This document shows, piece after piece, positions 20,193 through 31,330 of a stretch of DNA of 64,000 nt. The notes beneath the pieces are model-generated. The model was not told the origin of the DNA. It saw only the letters and a program-made list of their open reading frames with translations, and ran no database searches. Location: the NCBI GenBank assembly GCA_963762145.1, contig CAVXJS010000019.1:64001-128000 (forward strand). Direction: 5' to 3'. Within the stretch, counting starts at the first letter, position 1; every line of letters starts with the position of its first letter. The stretch comes from an uncultured Candidatus Rokubacteria bacterium. GTDB taxonomy: Bacteria; Methylomirabilota; Methylomirabilia; Rokubacteriales; CSP1-6. Position numbers and translations under genes: made by a program.

Positions 20193-20480
20193 ATGCCTGA
20201 GACGGGCCTGGGCCTGAGTGCCTTGTGGGAGGAGCGCGACTACAAGGCGTGTGGGGCCTCGATGGAGTGTCGAGGCCGCTTCATCCTCGACAAGCTGTTC
20301 GACCGGGACACGCGCCGGCTCAAGGGCGCGTGGCTCGCCGCCTTCGGAACCCGCGTGCTCGGCCCGCCGGAGATCCGGACCGACGAGATCACCAAGGCCC
20401 AGTGGCAGGTGATCCTGTCCCACATGGGGGCGAGCCCGGACGAGATCGCCGACGTGCAGACCCGCATGGGGCGTTCCTGA
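20193..20480 (+). CDS. Hypothetical protein (95 aa)
   Basis: Starts 2 bp after the upstream stop; coding-like GC3 pattern. Confidence 0.6.
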   Translation: MPETGLGLSALWEERDYKACGASMECRGRFILDKLFDRDTRRLKGAWLAAFGTRVLGPPEIRTDEITKAQWQVILSHMGASPDEIADVQTRMGRS

Positions 20481-20541
20481 CCGGTCGGGTGCGCGCGACC
20501 GGTTGACCGCGGTCGCCGACCGCTGCATGATCGGCACCCAC

Positions 20542-21471
20542 ATGACGCCGGTCGCCTCGCCACCCCGCTCCGCTGGTTTCCGCGCGCCCGGACGGCTGGG
20601 GGCCGGGATCGTGATCGCCGCCGGTCTCCTGCTGATCCTCGCCGCCACCACCAGGCCATTGCCCGCGCCCGCGGGCGATCCCGGCGCGAAGGTGGTGATC
20701 CGCCTGCCCGACGTGGTGCGGGCCCTGGTGCTCGGCCTCCTCGCCCTCTCCGCGGTCGTCCTGGTCTCGCTGCAGCGGCGACGCCCGGCCGACGACACGC
20801 CCGAGCCTTCCCGCCCGCCCCGGCGCCTTCCTCCGTGGGCGGCCGCGCTGGTCTCCCTGCTCCCGCTCCTGCTGGTGGTGATGGCGTGGTATCTCGTGTC
20901 GCGCTACTGGTCCGCCGGGGACGGCCAGCCGATCGAGCGGGCCTTCGCCGCGCTCGCGGGGCTTCTCGATCTCCTCACGCTGCCCGACAAGCCGCCGACC
21001 TCGATCCCGTCCCTGGACACCGCGATCGCGGTGCTCCTGCTGCTGCTCGCGTTCGGGATCTTCGCGCTGATGGTCCTGGTCGCGCTGGCCGATCGGCTGG
21101 AAACGTGGTGGGCCGCGCGAGGACCCGCCGCCGGCTCGCCCGCCGCGCCCGAGACGCTGGCCGCGATCCAGGCGGATCTGCGGACCGAGCCCGACGCGCG
21201 CCGCGCGATCATCCGCGCCTACGGCCGCTTCGAGCGCGCGCTCGCGGGTGCCCGGGCGCCGCGGGCGGCGTGGCAGACGCCGGCCGAGTTCATGCGGACC
21301 GCGCTCACCCGGTTCCCGGTGGCGGACGCGCCCGTCCGTCGCCTCACCGCGCTCTTCGAGATCGCGCGGTTCAGCGCGCATCCTCTGGGCGCGGAGGCGC
21401 GCGACGCGGCGTGTGATTGCCTGGACGAGATCGGCGCCGCGCTCGAGGAGGACGCGGCCCGTGCGCGCTGA
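20542..21471 (+). CDS. DUF4129-domain membrane protein
   Basis: Several TM segments; C-terminus AIIRAYGRFE..QTPAEF..LTALFEIARFS. Confidence 0.8.
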   Translation: MTPVASPPRSAGFRAPGRLGAGIVIAAGLLLILAATTRPLPAPAGDPGAKVVIRLPDVVRALVLGLLALSAVVLVSLQRRRPADDTPEPSRPPRRLPPWAAALVSLLPLLLVVMAWYLVSRYWSAGDGQPIERAFAALAGLLDLLTLPDKPPTSIPSLDTAIAVLLLLLAFGIFALMVLVALADRLETWWAARGPAAGSPAAPETLAAIQADLRTEPDARRAIIRAYGRFERALAGARAPRAAWQTPAEFMRTALTRFPVADAPVRRLTALFEIARFSAHPLGAEARDAACDCLDEIGAALEEDAARAR

Positions 21472-21915
21472 GCGGCTGCTCGCCCCGATCGTCATCCGCT
21501 GCGCGGTCCTGGCCGGCGTCGTGCTCCTGGCGGTGGTGCCGGTCTACGTCTTCGTCGAGGCCTCGTGGCGCACCCTGGTGGCGCGGGTGGCGGTGGCGTT
21601 CGTGCTCGGCGTCGCCCTCCTGCAGCTCCGGGGGGTGGTCGCGGCGCGGCTCGCGCGCGCGGGCGGCTCGCCGCTCGAGCAGGAGCTCGCGCGGCCCGGT
21701 CCCCTGGCCGCGGTGCCGCTGCGCTTCGAGGAGCTGATCGATGACGTGCGGGCGACGCGGCGCAGCCGCGGCCACTTCGAGCGGATCATGTGGCCGCGCC
21801 TGACCGCGCTCGCAGGGCGCCCGCTCGCCCGCCCGCCCGTCCGGCTCGGGCGCGGACCCAGCCTGGGCGACCTCCGGCGGATGATCGCGGAGATCGAGCG
21901 CGGGGAGGGAGGACG

Positions 21916-21919
<4 letters not shown>
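21461..21919 (+). CDS. Hypothetical membrane protein of the MoxR operon
   Basis: GTG start overlaps the upstream gene; two TM helices; GPSLGDLRRMIAEIE. Confidence 0.65.
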
Positions 21920-22868
<949 letters not shown>

Positions 22869-22872
<4 letters not shown>

Positions 22873-24146
22873 CCTGGCGGCCGACCGCGCTCAACGTCTC
22901 GCTCCTGACCGTGGTCGGCTGGGCCCTCTTCCTGGCCGTGTTCACGGCCCGGGTCGAGCTCGCGGTGGTCGCCATTCCCGCGGTGGTCGCCCTCGTGGCC
23001 GGGCGGCGGGCCGGGGCGCCGCCCAGCTGTCGGATCCGCCGCGAAGTCTCGAGCCGGCGCCTCCTCGAGGACGAGTGCGTGACCGTGACCGTCACGCTGC
23101 GCGCGGAGGGGCCGCTCCCGCTGGTGGAGCTGCTCGAGCCGCTGCCGCCCCGGGTCGGCCTCGAGCGCGGGAGCCATCACGCCTTCTTCACGCTGCGCGC
23201 CGGGCAGGAGATCGCCTGGACCTTCGAGCTGCGCGGCGCGGGCCGCCAGCACCTGCGCCTCGAGGGGCCGCACGTGCGGGTCTGGGGACCGCTCGGGCTC
23301 GCCGCCGCCGAGGGCCAGCAGCGGGCCGCCGCGACGATCGCGGTCTACCCGCGGCACGCCCCCATCCGGTACCTGCCGCACCCGGAGCGCACGCAGACGT
23401 TCGTGGGCAACTACGTCTCGCCCACGCAGGGGGAAGGCATCGAGCCGGGCGACATCCGGCCCTTCGCGCCGGGCGATCAGGTCCGGCACGTGAACTGGCG
23501 CGCGACGCTGAAGCTCGGCCCGCTGCACGTCACGCGACATCACCAGGAGCGGAACGCGGACGTGGTGCTCCTGCTCGACACCCTCTCGGACGTGGGTCCC
23601 GACGGCCAGACCGTCGTGGACGCCGCGGTGCGGGGCGCGGCCGCGCTCGCCTCGGCCTATCTCGCGCGCAAGGACCGCGTCGGGCTGATCGAGTACGGCG
23701 GCCAGCCGCGCTGGGTGAGGCCGGGCGCGGGCCGCGCCCATCTCGAGCGTCTGCTCGATACGCTGCTGAGCGCGTCGGTCGTGTTCACGTACGTCAGTCG
23801 AGACCTCGATCTGGTGCCGCCGCGCATCCTGCCGCCGCAGGCCCTGGTGGTGGCGCTGAGCCCGCTGCTCGACCGGCGCTTCGTGCGGGCCGCGACCGAC
23901 CTCGCCGCGCGGGGCTTCGATCTCCTGGTCATCGCGGTCTCGCCGGTCCCGGCGGCCCGCGCCGCGATGCGGCGGTCTGCGGTGGTCGACGTGGCGGCGC
24001 GCCTCTGGGCGCTGGAGCGCCGGGCCGAGCTCGAAGGGTACCGCCGCCAGGGGCTCCGCATCGTCGAGTGGGACGGGGTCGCGCCCCTCGATGCGGTCCT
24101 GGCGCCCTGGAGCCGCCGGTCCCGGCGGCGCGTGCTGGCCGGATGA
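22869..24146 (+). CDS. DUF58 domain protein
   Basis: IRPFAPGDQVRHVNWRAT, LLLDT, DRVGL; follows moxR. Confidence 0.9.
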
Positions 24147-24664
24147 TGCGCCTGGCCGCGCTCGTGCTGCTCGCGGTCCTGGCCGCGCTCCCGCTCGGGG
24201 TGCAGCCGGCCACGCCCCCGGTCACCTGGCTCGCCATGGCCGCGCTCCTGGTGGGCGGCGTCGGAGTGATCGCGTGGTCCGTGCCGCTCGTGACCGCGGC
24301 CGGCTCGCTCGTGGTGATCGCCTACGCCCTCGCGCTGGTGATCGCGGCGCCGGCCCCCGAGCTCCTCCCGCCGATCGCGCTGGGCGCGACGCTCGTGCTG
24401 CTGCTCGCGCTCGTCCACTTCGGCGGCCGAGTCCGCGGGGCCCTGATCGGCCCGGGGGTCATCGCGGCGCAGGCGCGTCAGTGGCTCGCGGTGGTGGGGC
24501 TCGGGGTCGCCGCGACCGTCGGGCTCGCCGCGCTGGCGGCGCCGATCGGCGTGGCGCTCCGGAGCGCCACGCTTCCGCTGGTGGTGATCGCGGGGGCGCT
24601 CGGCGCGGTCCTGACCGTGGCCGGCGTCATCGCGCTCGTGGCGCGCGAAGGGGAGCGGCGCTAG
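24143..24664 (+). CDS. Hypothetical integral membrane protein
   Basis: ATGA overlap with the DUF58 gene; about 6 hydrophobic segments. Confidence 0.65.
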   Translation: MMRLAALVLLAVLAALPLGVQPATPPVTWLAMAALLVGGVGVIAWSVPLVTAAGSLVVIAYALALVIAAPAPELLPPIALGATLVLLLALVHFGGRVRGALIGPGVIAAQARQWLAVVGLGVAATVGLAALAAPIGVALRSATLPLVVIAGALGAVLTVAGVIALVAREGERR

Positions 24665-26062
24665 GCCGCCGGCTCCGGCGGCCGCCGCGCCCAGTCGGTG
24701 GCCTCCTCGTAGGCCTGGCCGATCCGGAGCGCCATCGCCTCGGCGCCCGCCTGCGCCACGATCTGCAGCGACGTCGGCAGGCCGCCCGCGGTGAAGCCGT
24801 TGGGCACCGCGAGCGCCGCAGAGCCCGAGGTAGTTCACCGGCCGGGTGAAGTGCGCCGCGGTGCCGGCCTGATCCGCCTGCTCGATCGGGATCGGCGGGG
24901 TCAGCGCGGTCGGGGTGAGCAGCGCGTCCACGTGGGCCAGCGCGGCGGCCACCTCGCGGCTTCGCTCCTCGCGCTCGGCCAGCGCGAGCAGGTAGTCGCG
25001 GGCGGAGACCCCGCGGCCGATCTGGATGCGCGGGCGCACGTGCGGATCCACCGGCTGGCGCTCGTCGTCGACGAGGTGGCCGACGAAGCGGTACCCCTCG
25101 GCGCCGATGATGCGGCCGGTGGCCGCCGCGTAGTCGCTGAAGCGGTGGGGGAGCTTGACGCGCTCGATGCGCGCGCCGAGCTTGGCGAAGGTCTCCACCG
25201 AGGCGTCGTAGGCGGCGAGCACCTCCTTGTCCACGCCCACCCGCTCGACGTCGGGCATCACCGCGAGGCGGAGCCCGGCGGCGCCGCGCCGCAGGGCCGG
25301 CATCGGGTCGTCGGCGGTCCAGGCGAGGGTCTGCCGATCGCGGGGATCCGGCCCGTTGAGGAGCCGGTAGATCAGGGCCGCGTCCTCGACCGATCGCGCG
25401 ATCGGGCCCGGGGTGTCGAGGGTGAAGGAGAGCGGCAGCACGCCGAACGTGCTGATGCGGCCGGCGGTGACCTTCAGGCCGACGATGCCGCACCATCCGG
25501 CGGGCAGGCGCACCGAGCCACCGGTGTCGGTGCCGATGGCGACGGGGGCGAGCCCCGCGCTCACCGACACCGCAGAGCCGCTGGAGGAGCCGCCCGGCGT
25601 GCGGTGGACCTTCGGGTCCCACGGGTTCCAGGGCGTGCCCATGTGCGTGTTGGTGCCCCAGCTCCCCATCGCGAACTCGACGGTGTGGGTCTTGCCGAGC
25701 ACGATCATCCCGGCCGCGATGGCGCGCTCGGCCAGCGTGGCGGTGACCGGCGAGACGCGCTCGGCCCAGACCTTCGAGCCGCCGGTCGTGACGCGGCCCT
25801 CGAGATCCACGAGGTCCTTCAGCGCGATCGGCACGCCGTGGAGCGGCCCGATGCGGTGGCCGGAGCGGATCGCCCGCTCCGCGCCCTCGGCGGCCTGGCG
25901 GGCCTCGTCCGCGTAGACGGCGACGAAGGCGTGGAGGCGGCCGTCGTGGCGGCGGATGCGATCGAGCAGCGCGCCGACCGCGTCCACCGGAGACAGCGTG
26001 CGCGCGCCGAAGGCCTGCGAGAGCTGGGCGACGCCGGCCCATACCGGATCGATGCTGGTCAT
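24661..26062 (-). CDS. Amidase signature family enzyme (GatA-like), frameshift near 24820
   Basis: GPLHGVPIALKD, PGGSSSGS, GTDTGGSVR; ends LRIGQAYEEATDW. Confidence 0.92.
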
Positions 26063-27303
26063 TCCGCGAGTCCTCCGTATTGGTTGGCGTGCTGGTTGGG
26101 CCCGCGCTTGTCCGAGACGATCCGCCCGTCCTTCAGGACGAGGAGGAGCCGGCGCAGGTTGGTGATGTTCTCGAGCGGATCGGCGGCCACCACGATGAGG
26201 TCCGCGATCTTCCCGGGCTCGATGGTCCCGAGCCGATCGCCGACGCCGCAGAGCTCGGCGGCGTGCCGCGTGGCGGCCAGCAGCGCCTGCCACGGCGTGG
26301 CGCCGGCCGCGACCCAGAGGCCGAGCTCGAGCAGGGCGGCCTCCTTGAGCGGCCGGATGTCGGAGCCGAGGGCCATGCGCACGCCGGCGGCCAGGGCCGC
26401 GCGAAAGGCCTCGCGATGCGGCTCGGCCGCCGCGTCCGCGCGGTGGCAGAGGTCGGCGGCCAGATTGCGCTCCTCCACCCAGCGCTTCTCCCACGGATCG
26501 CGCGCCTGGTCCGGCGTCAGGTGGGTGATGGCCAGCGTCGGCACGTACCAGGTGCGGTGCGCATGCAGGCTCTCGATGGCGGGCGCGTCCATGATGTACC
26601 CGTGCTCGACGCTGTGCGCGCCGAGCCGCGCCGCGGCCTGCACGGTCTCCGGGCTGGCCGCGTGCGCCATCACCGGGAATCCGCGCTGGCGGCAGATCGC
26701 GAAGGCTGCCTCGAGCTCCTCCGGCAGGAGGAACGCCTGCGAGTGGCGGTCCCACGCCGGCCCCATGATGCCGCCGGTCAGGTTCAGCTTGATGTGGTCC
26801 ACGCCGTTCTTGATCTGCTCGCGGATGGCGCGGACGAAGCCGTAGGGGCCGTCGCACTCCCGCGCGTGGCCGGAGGTGAGGAAGTGCCCGCCGGTGGTGG
26901 TGAGGAAGTGCCCCGCCGCGAACACCCGCGGGCCCACGTACTGCCCGGCCTCGAAGGCGCGCTTCCACGCCACGTCCATGAAGTGCGCCGCTCCCGCGCA
27001 CCGCACGCCGACCACGCCGCTCTCGGTCAGGGCCTGCATCAGGCGGTGGCCGAAGATGGCGGTCTGCTCGGCGACGGAGGCGCCGGTGGAGGCGAGGTAG
27101 TCGGGGTGGATGTGGACGTCCCAGAGGCCGGGCAGGAGGTAGGCGCCCCCGAGGTCGATCACGTGCGCGTCGCGCGTGTCGGGCGCGCGACCGGCGGCCA
27201 GCACCTCCACGATGCGGCCGCGGTCGATGACGACGCTGGCGCCGACCGCCGGGCGGGGGCTCACGCAGTCGATCACCGTCGCGTTCGCGAGCACGGTTCG
27301 CAT
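26059..27303 (-). CDS. Metal-dependent amidohydrolase (prolidase-like subgroup)
   Basis: LLPGLWDVHIH, GVDHIKL, MAHA, SVEHG, GSD, GKIADLIVV. Confidence 0.9.
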   Translation of the reverse strand: MRTVLANATVIDCVSPRPAVGASVVIDRGRIVEVLAAGRAPDTRDAHVIDLGGAYLLPGLWDVHIHPDYLASTGASVAEQTAIFGHRLMQALTESGVVGVRCAGAAHFMDVAWKRAFEAGQYVGPRVFAAGHFLTTTGGHFLTSGHARECDGPYGFVRAIREQIKNGVDHIKLNLTGGIMGPAWDRHSQAFLLPEELEAAFAICRQRGFPVMAHAASPETVQAAARLGAHSVEHGYIMDAPAIESLHAHRTWYVPTLAITHLTPDQARDPWEKRWVEERNLAADLCHRADAAAEPHREAFRAALAAGVRMALGSDIRPLKEAALLELGLWVAAGATPWQALLAATRHAAELCGVGDRLGTIEPGKIADLIVVAADPLENITNLRRLLLVLKDGRIVSDKRGPNQHANQYGGLAE

Positions 27304-27358
27304 CGCGCCCGATCCTGCCAGAGCGGGGGGGACAGGTCAAACGGGGCCCGCCGGGGAC

Positions 27359-27387
27359 TTGACGGCCGCGAGGAAACTGGCCATGGT
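27359..27387 (+). promoter_or_regulatory. Sigma70-like promoter for a leaderless transcript
   Basis: TTGACG, 17 bp spacer, CATGGT, 6 nt, ATG 27394. Confidence 0.45.
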
Positions 27388-27393
27388 GCGGGC

Positions 27394-28266
27394 ATGCCGC
27401 GGCCGGCCGGCGTGCCCGTATCCCTCGTCAGCGTCCGCACGCGCGATGGCGTCGTCCTGGACGGCGCGGCCTCCCACCCGCGCGGGCGCCGGCGGACCGC
27501 GCTCATCTGGGTGCACGGCCTCGGCTCGACGTTCTCCTCGGGGCAGCCGCTCATCCGGGCGCTGTCGGGACGTCTGAACGCGGCGGGCCTGGGCTACGTC
27601 AAGCTCAACACGCGCGGCCACGGCGTCGTCACGCGGGCGGGCCCGCGGCTCGCGGGCGCCGCGTTCGAGGACTTCCGCGAGAGCGTTCACGACGTCCGGG
27701 CCGCCATCGCGCTGGCGGTGGCGAGCGGCTACCGGCGCGTCATCCTGGCCGGGCATTCCACCGGCGCCAACAAGGTCCTGCACTACGCGGCGCGGACCCG
27801 GGACCGGCGCGTGGCCGGGCTCATCCTGCTCGGGCCCGTCTCCGACATCGCGGGCGAGCGGAAGCGGATCGGCCGCCGCGTGCTGGCCCGGCGGGTCGCG
27901 GCCGCGGCGCGGATGGCGCGCCGGGATCCGGAGGCCCTCATCCCGCGCGCCTGGGGCTTCCGGAGCGCCGCGCGCTTCGTCAGCCTCTTCCGTCCCGGCG
28001 AGGCGGAGGACGTCTTCCAGTACTACCGGCCCGACGGCGACTGGCGCGCGCTCGCACGGATCCGGGTGCCGACCGCGGTGATCGTCGGCGGCCGCGACGA
28101 GTATCTGGACCGGCGGGCGGCGGACCTGGTCGGCGCCTTCGAGCGCCACGCCTTCGGCGCGCCGGCGTTCACCGGCATCGTCGTGCCCGGCGCGTCCCAC
28201 GGGTTCCGCGGGCACGAGGCCGCGCTCGCGCGCGCGGTCGTCCGCTGGGCGCGGGCGCTGGGCTAG
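27394..28266 (+). CDS. Alpha/beta hydrolase (DUF1749-like)
   Basis: WVHGLG, nucleophile GHSTG, PVSD, GGRDE, GASH. Confidence 0.85.
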   Translation: MPRPAGVPVSLVSVRTRDGVVLDGAASHPRGRRRTALIWVHGLGSTFSSGQPLIRALSGRLNAAGLGYVKLNTRGHGVVTRAGPRLAGAAFEDFRESVHDVRAAIALAVASGYRRVILAGHSTGANKVLHYAARTRDRRVAGLILLGPVSDIAGERKRIGRRVLARRVAAAARMARRDPEALIPRAWGFRSAARFVSLFRPGEAEDVFQYYRPDGDWRALARIRVPTAVIVGGRDEYLDRRAADLVGAFERHAFGAPAFTGIVVPGASHGFRGHEAALARAVVRWARALG

Positions 28267-28272
28267 CGTCGG

Positions 28273-28854
28273 GTGGACGCCCTCGTCTCCGTCCTCGCGG
28301 GCCTGGCCCTGAGCGCGGCGGTGGGCTTCAGGGTCTTCGTTCCCCTCCTCCTCACCGGCTCGGCCGCGCGGCTCGGCTATCTCCAGCTGACCTCCGACAT
28401 GGCCTGGCTCGGATCCGACGCGGCGCTCGTGGCGCTGGCCACCGCCACCGTCTTCGAGGTCTCCGCCTACTACGTGCCCTGGCTCGACAATCTGCTGGAC
28501 ACGATGGCCACGCCGGCCGCGATCGTGGCCGGGGTGATGGCCTGGGCCGCGGTCACCCCGGAGCTCTCGCCGCTGCTGCGGTGGACGCTGGCGATCGTCG
28601 CGGGGGGCGGGGCGGCCGGGCTCGTCCAGTCGGGCACCGCCGTGCTGCGGCTGCATTCCTCCGCGTTCACGGCCGGATTCGGCAATCCGGTGGTGGCCAC
28701 CGGCGAGCTGGCCGGCGCGGTCTCGCTCAGCGTGCTCGCGGTGCTCGCCCCGGTGCTCGCCGCGTTGCTCGGCGTGCTCGTGCTCGTCGGGCTGGGCGCC
28801 TTCTACCGCCGCGCCACCAGCCGCCGGAACGCGGCGCCGTACTCGAAGCCGTAG
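28273..28854 (+). CDS. DUF4126 family membrane protein
   Basis: GLALSAAVGFRVFVPLL, YYVPWLDNLLD, GNPVVATGE. Confidence 0.85.
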   Translation: MDALVSVLAGLALSAAVGFRVFVPLLLTGSAARLGYLQLTSDMAWLGSDAALVALATATVFEVSAYYVPWLDNLLDTMATPAAIVAGVMAWAAVTPELSPLLRWTLAIVAGGGAAGLVQSGTAVLRLHSSAFTAGFGNPVVATGELAGAVSLSVLAVLAPVLAALLGVLVLVGLGAFYRRATSRRNAAPYSKP

Positions 28855-29546
28855 CCGGCTCCCAGCTCGGCCGCGCCCTTCTTCACCCGCTCGCCGATCG
28901 TCACGCCCTCCGGCACGTTGAAGCCCGGCATCTGGCTCTGGTGCCGCACCAGCGCGGCGATCTGCCGCTCGATGCCCGCGGTCACGTCCACGATGACGTC
29001 CGCCTCGTCGGCCCCCCAGTACCAGAGCTCACGCACCTTGTGCGGCTCGAGGCCCTCCTGGGTGATGTGCTCGGCGAAGTGCAGGTGGTCGCGGGCATAC
29101 GGATAGACCGCGTCGGTGGTGACGATGCCGGCCTTGCGGTGGTCGCGGTGCTGGAAGCCCTTGATGCGGTAGGGATCGTGCACGAAGACGGTGTGCGGCC
29201 GATGACGGCGGATGGCCCGCACCACGTCGCCCAGGAACTCGCGCGTGTCCTCGAGCCGTCCGTCGGGATAGCCCAGCATCTCCACGTGGCGCACGCCCAT
29301 GAAGTCGGCGGCGGCCCGCTGCTCGAGCGCCCGCTTGCGGGCCAGCTCCGCGGGGGTGAGATCGCGATCGGCGGTGCCCGCGTCGCCGTTGGTGCACAGC
29401 ACGTAGCTGACCTCGCAGCCGGCGGCCACCCAGGTGGCGATGACCCCGCCCGACCCGATCTCGGCGTCGTCGGGATGGGCGAAGACCACCATGGCGGATT
29501 CGGGCGCGTCGGTGACGATCTCGAGCTTGCGGTCGGAGCTGGGCAT
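28803..29546 (-). CDS. PIG-L/LmbE family deacetylase
   Basis: AHPDDAE, TNGDAG, HRDH. Confidence 0.92.
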   Translation of the reverse strand: MPSSDRKLEIVTDAPESAMVVFAHPDDAEIGSGGVIATWVAAGCEVSYVLCTNGDAGTADRDLTPAELARKRALEQRAAADFMGVRHVEMLGYPDGRLEDTREFLGDVVRAIRRHRPHTVFVHDPYRIKGFQHRDHRKAGIVTTDAVYPYARDHLHFAEHITQEGLEPHKVRELWYWGADEADVIVDVTAGIERQIAALVRHQSQMPGFNVPEGVTIGERVKKGAAELGAGYGFEYGAAFRRLVARR

Positions 29547-29564
29547 GGACCCGATCTTACCTCG

Positions 29565-30420
29565 TCATGACTCGTGTACCGTCGCGAGGACGGCGGGGAG
29601 GGCGGCCAGCGCCTCCTGGAGGCAGCGGCGCACCCGCGCGATGTTCGCCTCCGCCTTCTCGGGAATGCCGCCGCGCGAGATCAGGGCCGATGAACTCGTC
29701 GCGGCTGGTCGTCATCAGCAAGGAGGCGTTGATCTCGAGCTGGAGCGCGTGGATGCGCCGCGTCCAGGGCTGGCCGAAGGTGGCCACGATGTTGCCGCCG
29801 GTATAGCCGGTGATGTTCTGGTGGACCTCGAAGCCGTGGCGGATGAAGATCTCGGCCACCGTGGCCACGATCTGGGGGGCGCAGGTGGCGTCGTGGCGCG
29901 TGCCGATGATCACCTGGTGGTCCTTCATCCGCCGCGGGCTGCCGGTGTGGCCATCCAGCAGCAGGGCGTGGCCGTACGCGCGGTGCAGCTCGGTCAGCAG
30001 GCCCTGGAGCGTCGCGTAGTACGGGTCGTACAGCGCGCACAGGCGCGCCTCGAGCGCGGGGAGCCCGAGCGGCCGCGCGAAGATCGCCACGTCGCGCATG
30101 GTGTGGGTGCGCACCACCCCCCGGCGCGAGCGCACCTCCCCCTCGTGGTGCTCGAAGTCGTCCCGGCGCCGGTTGACGTCCACGAACATCCGCGAGAACG
30201 GGGTGGCCAGCACGGTGGCCCCGTGCTCGTGCAGGTCGCTGTAGACGTCGCCCACGAAGGTGTCGGCGAAGCCGTACGCGAAGGTCTCGAACCAGGGCTC
30301 GGAGTAGTGGTCGCGCGTGACGTCGGGCAGCGGCTGGGTGCCGTAGTGGGGCACGCTCACCAGGATCGGCGTGCGCCGGTCGTCCGCCGGGTGCCTGACG
30401 ATCGGGAAGGGGTGCTCCAT
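29565..30420 (-). CDS. N-formylglutamate amidohydrolase family protein, frameshift near 29685
   Basis: PILVSVPHYG, SRMFVDVNR, YDPYY, LLDGH, YTGG, HALQLEIN. Confidence 0.88.
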
Positions 30421-31325
30421 CAGCTCCGGCCGAGCTGCCGGGCGATGAAGTCGCGCACGAGGGCGACGCACCGGTCGGTATCCGGGCTCGCCTGCTGGGC
30501 GAAGCCGTGGCGCGCGTCCGGGAAGTGCGCGCGCTCGATCCGGCCGCCCGCGCCCTCGTACGCCTTCACGAACGCCTCGGTGATGGCGGCGGGGACATTG
30601 TCGTCCAGGTCCGGCTGGGCGACCCAGACCGGCGGCAGCGCGGTGGCCCGGCCGGCCCCGACCAGGCGGGTCACGCTCGCCGCCTCCATCGCGGCCTCGT
30701 CGGCGAAGAAGGCCCGGTGCGAGGCGATCAGCCGCTTGGCGTCGAAGCCCGAGGGCGGCGGCGGCTCGTGCTCGCGGGACAGCGCGTAGTGATAGCGGGC
30801 CAGCGGGTCCGCGACGGGATAGAGGGCCACCACGAAGGCCACCCGGGCGTCGCCCGCGGCCGGGTCCAGCGAGCCGTCGGGCCGCACGATCGGGGTGCCC
30901 GCGGCCTCGGGGGCGTCGGGTTTCACCGCGTGGAGCAGGGCGAGCTGACCACCGCTCGAGCTGCCGAGGAGCCCGATGCGCGCCGGGTCCACGTGCAGCC
31001 GCCCCGCGTGCGCGCGGGCGTAGCGGACGCCGGCCGCGACGTCGGCGCTCGCGATCGGAAACCGGTGGTCCGGAGCCTGGCGGAAATCGAGTGCGACCAC
31101 GACCAGCCCCGACGCGGCGAGGGCCCCGCACAGGATGGCGTCGCCGGTGCGGTCGGAGCGCGCCCACGCGCCGCCGTGCACGTAGACCACCGCGCCGAGC
31201 GGCCGGTCGGCGGCCACCCGGGGGCGATAGAGTCGGGCCAGCAGCTCCGCGCCTCCCGGCCGCGCGAAGGGCGTGTCGGTCTCGTCCACCTCGTACGGAC
31301 CGGCGGGATCGAAGCGAACGGCCAT
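30420..31325 (-). CDS. Alpha/beta hydrolase (HSL-like esterase)
   Basis: VHGGAW, GSSSGG, HGF. Confidence 0.88.
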   Translation of the reverse strand: MAVRFDPAGPYEVDETDTPFARPGGAELLARLYRPRVAADRPLGAVVYVHGGAWARSDRTGDAILCGALAASGLVVVALDFRQAPDHRFPIASADVAAGVRYARAHAGRLHVDPARIGLLGSSSGGQLALLHAVKPDAPEAAGTPIVRPDGSLDPAAGDARVAFVVALYPVADPLARYHYALSREHEPPPPSGFDAKRLIASHRAFFADEAAMEAASVTRLVGAGRATALPPVWVAQPDLDDNVPAAITEAFVKAYEGAGGRIERAHFPDARHGFAQQASPDTDRCVALVRDFIARQLGRS

Positions 31326-31330
31326 GGAGG

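Noticed and set aside
23657-27340. Apparent 1227-aa fusion protein
   Set aside because: Only the central amidase part is real; the extensions come from an off-frame read through the amidohydrolase gene and a frameshift near 24820.
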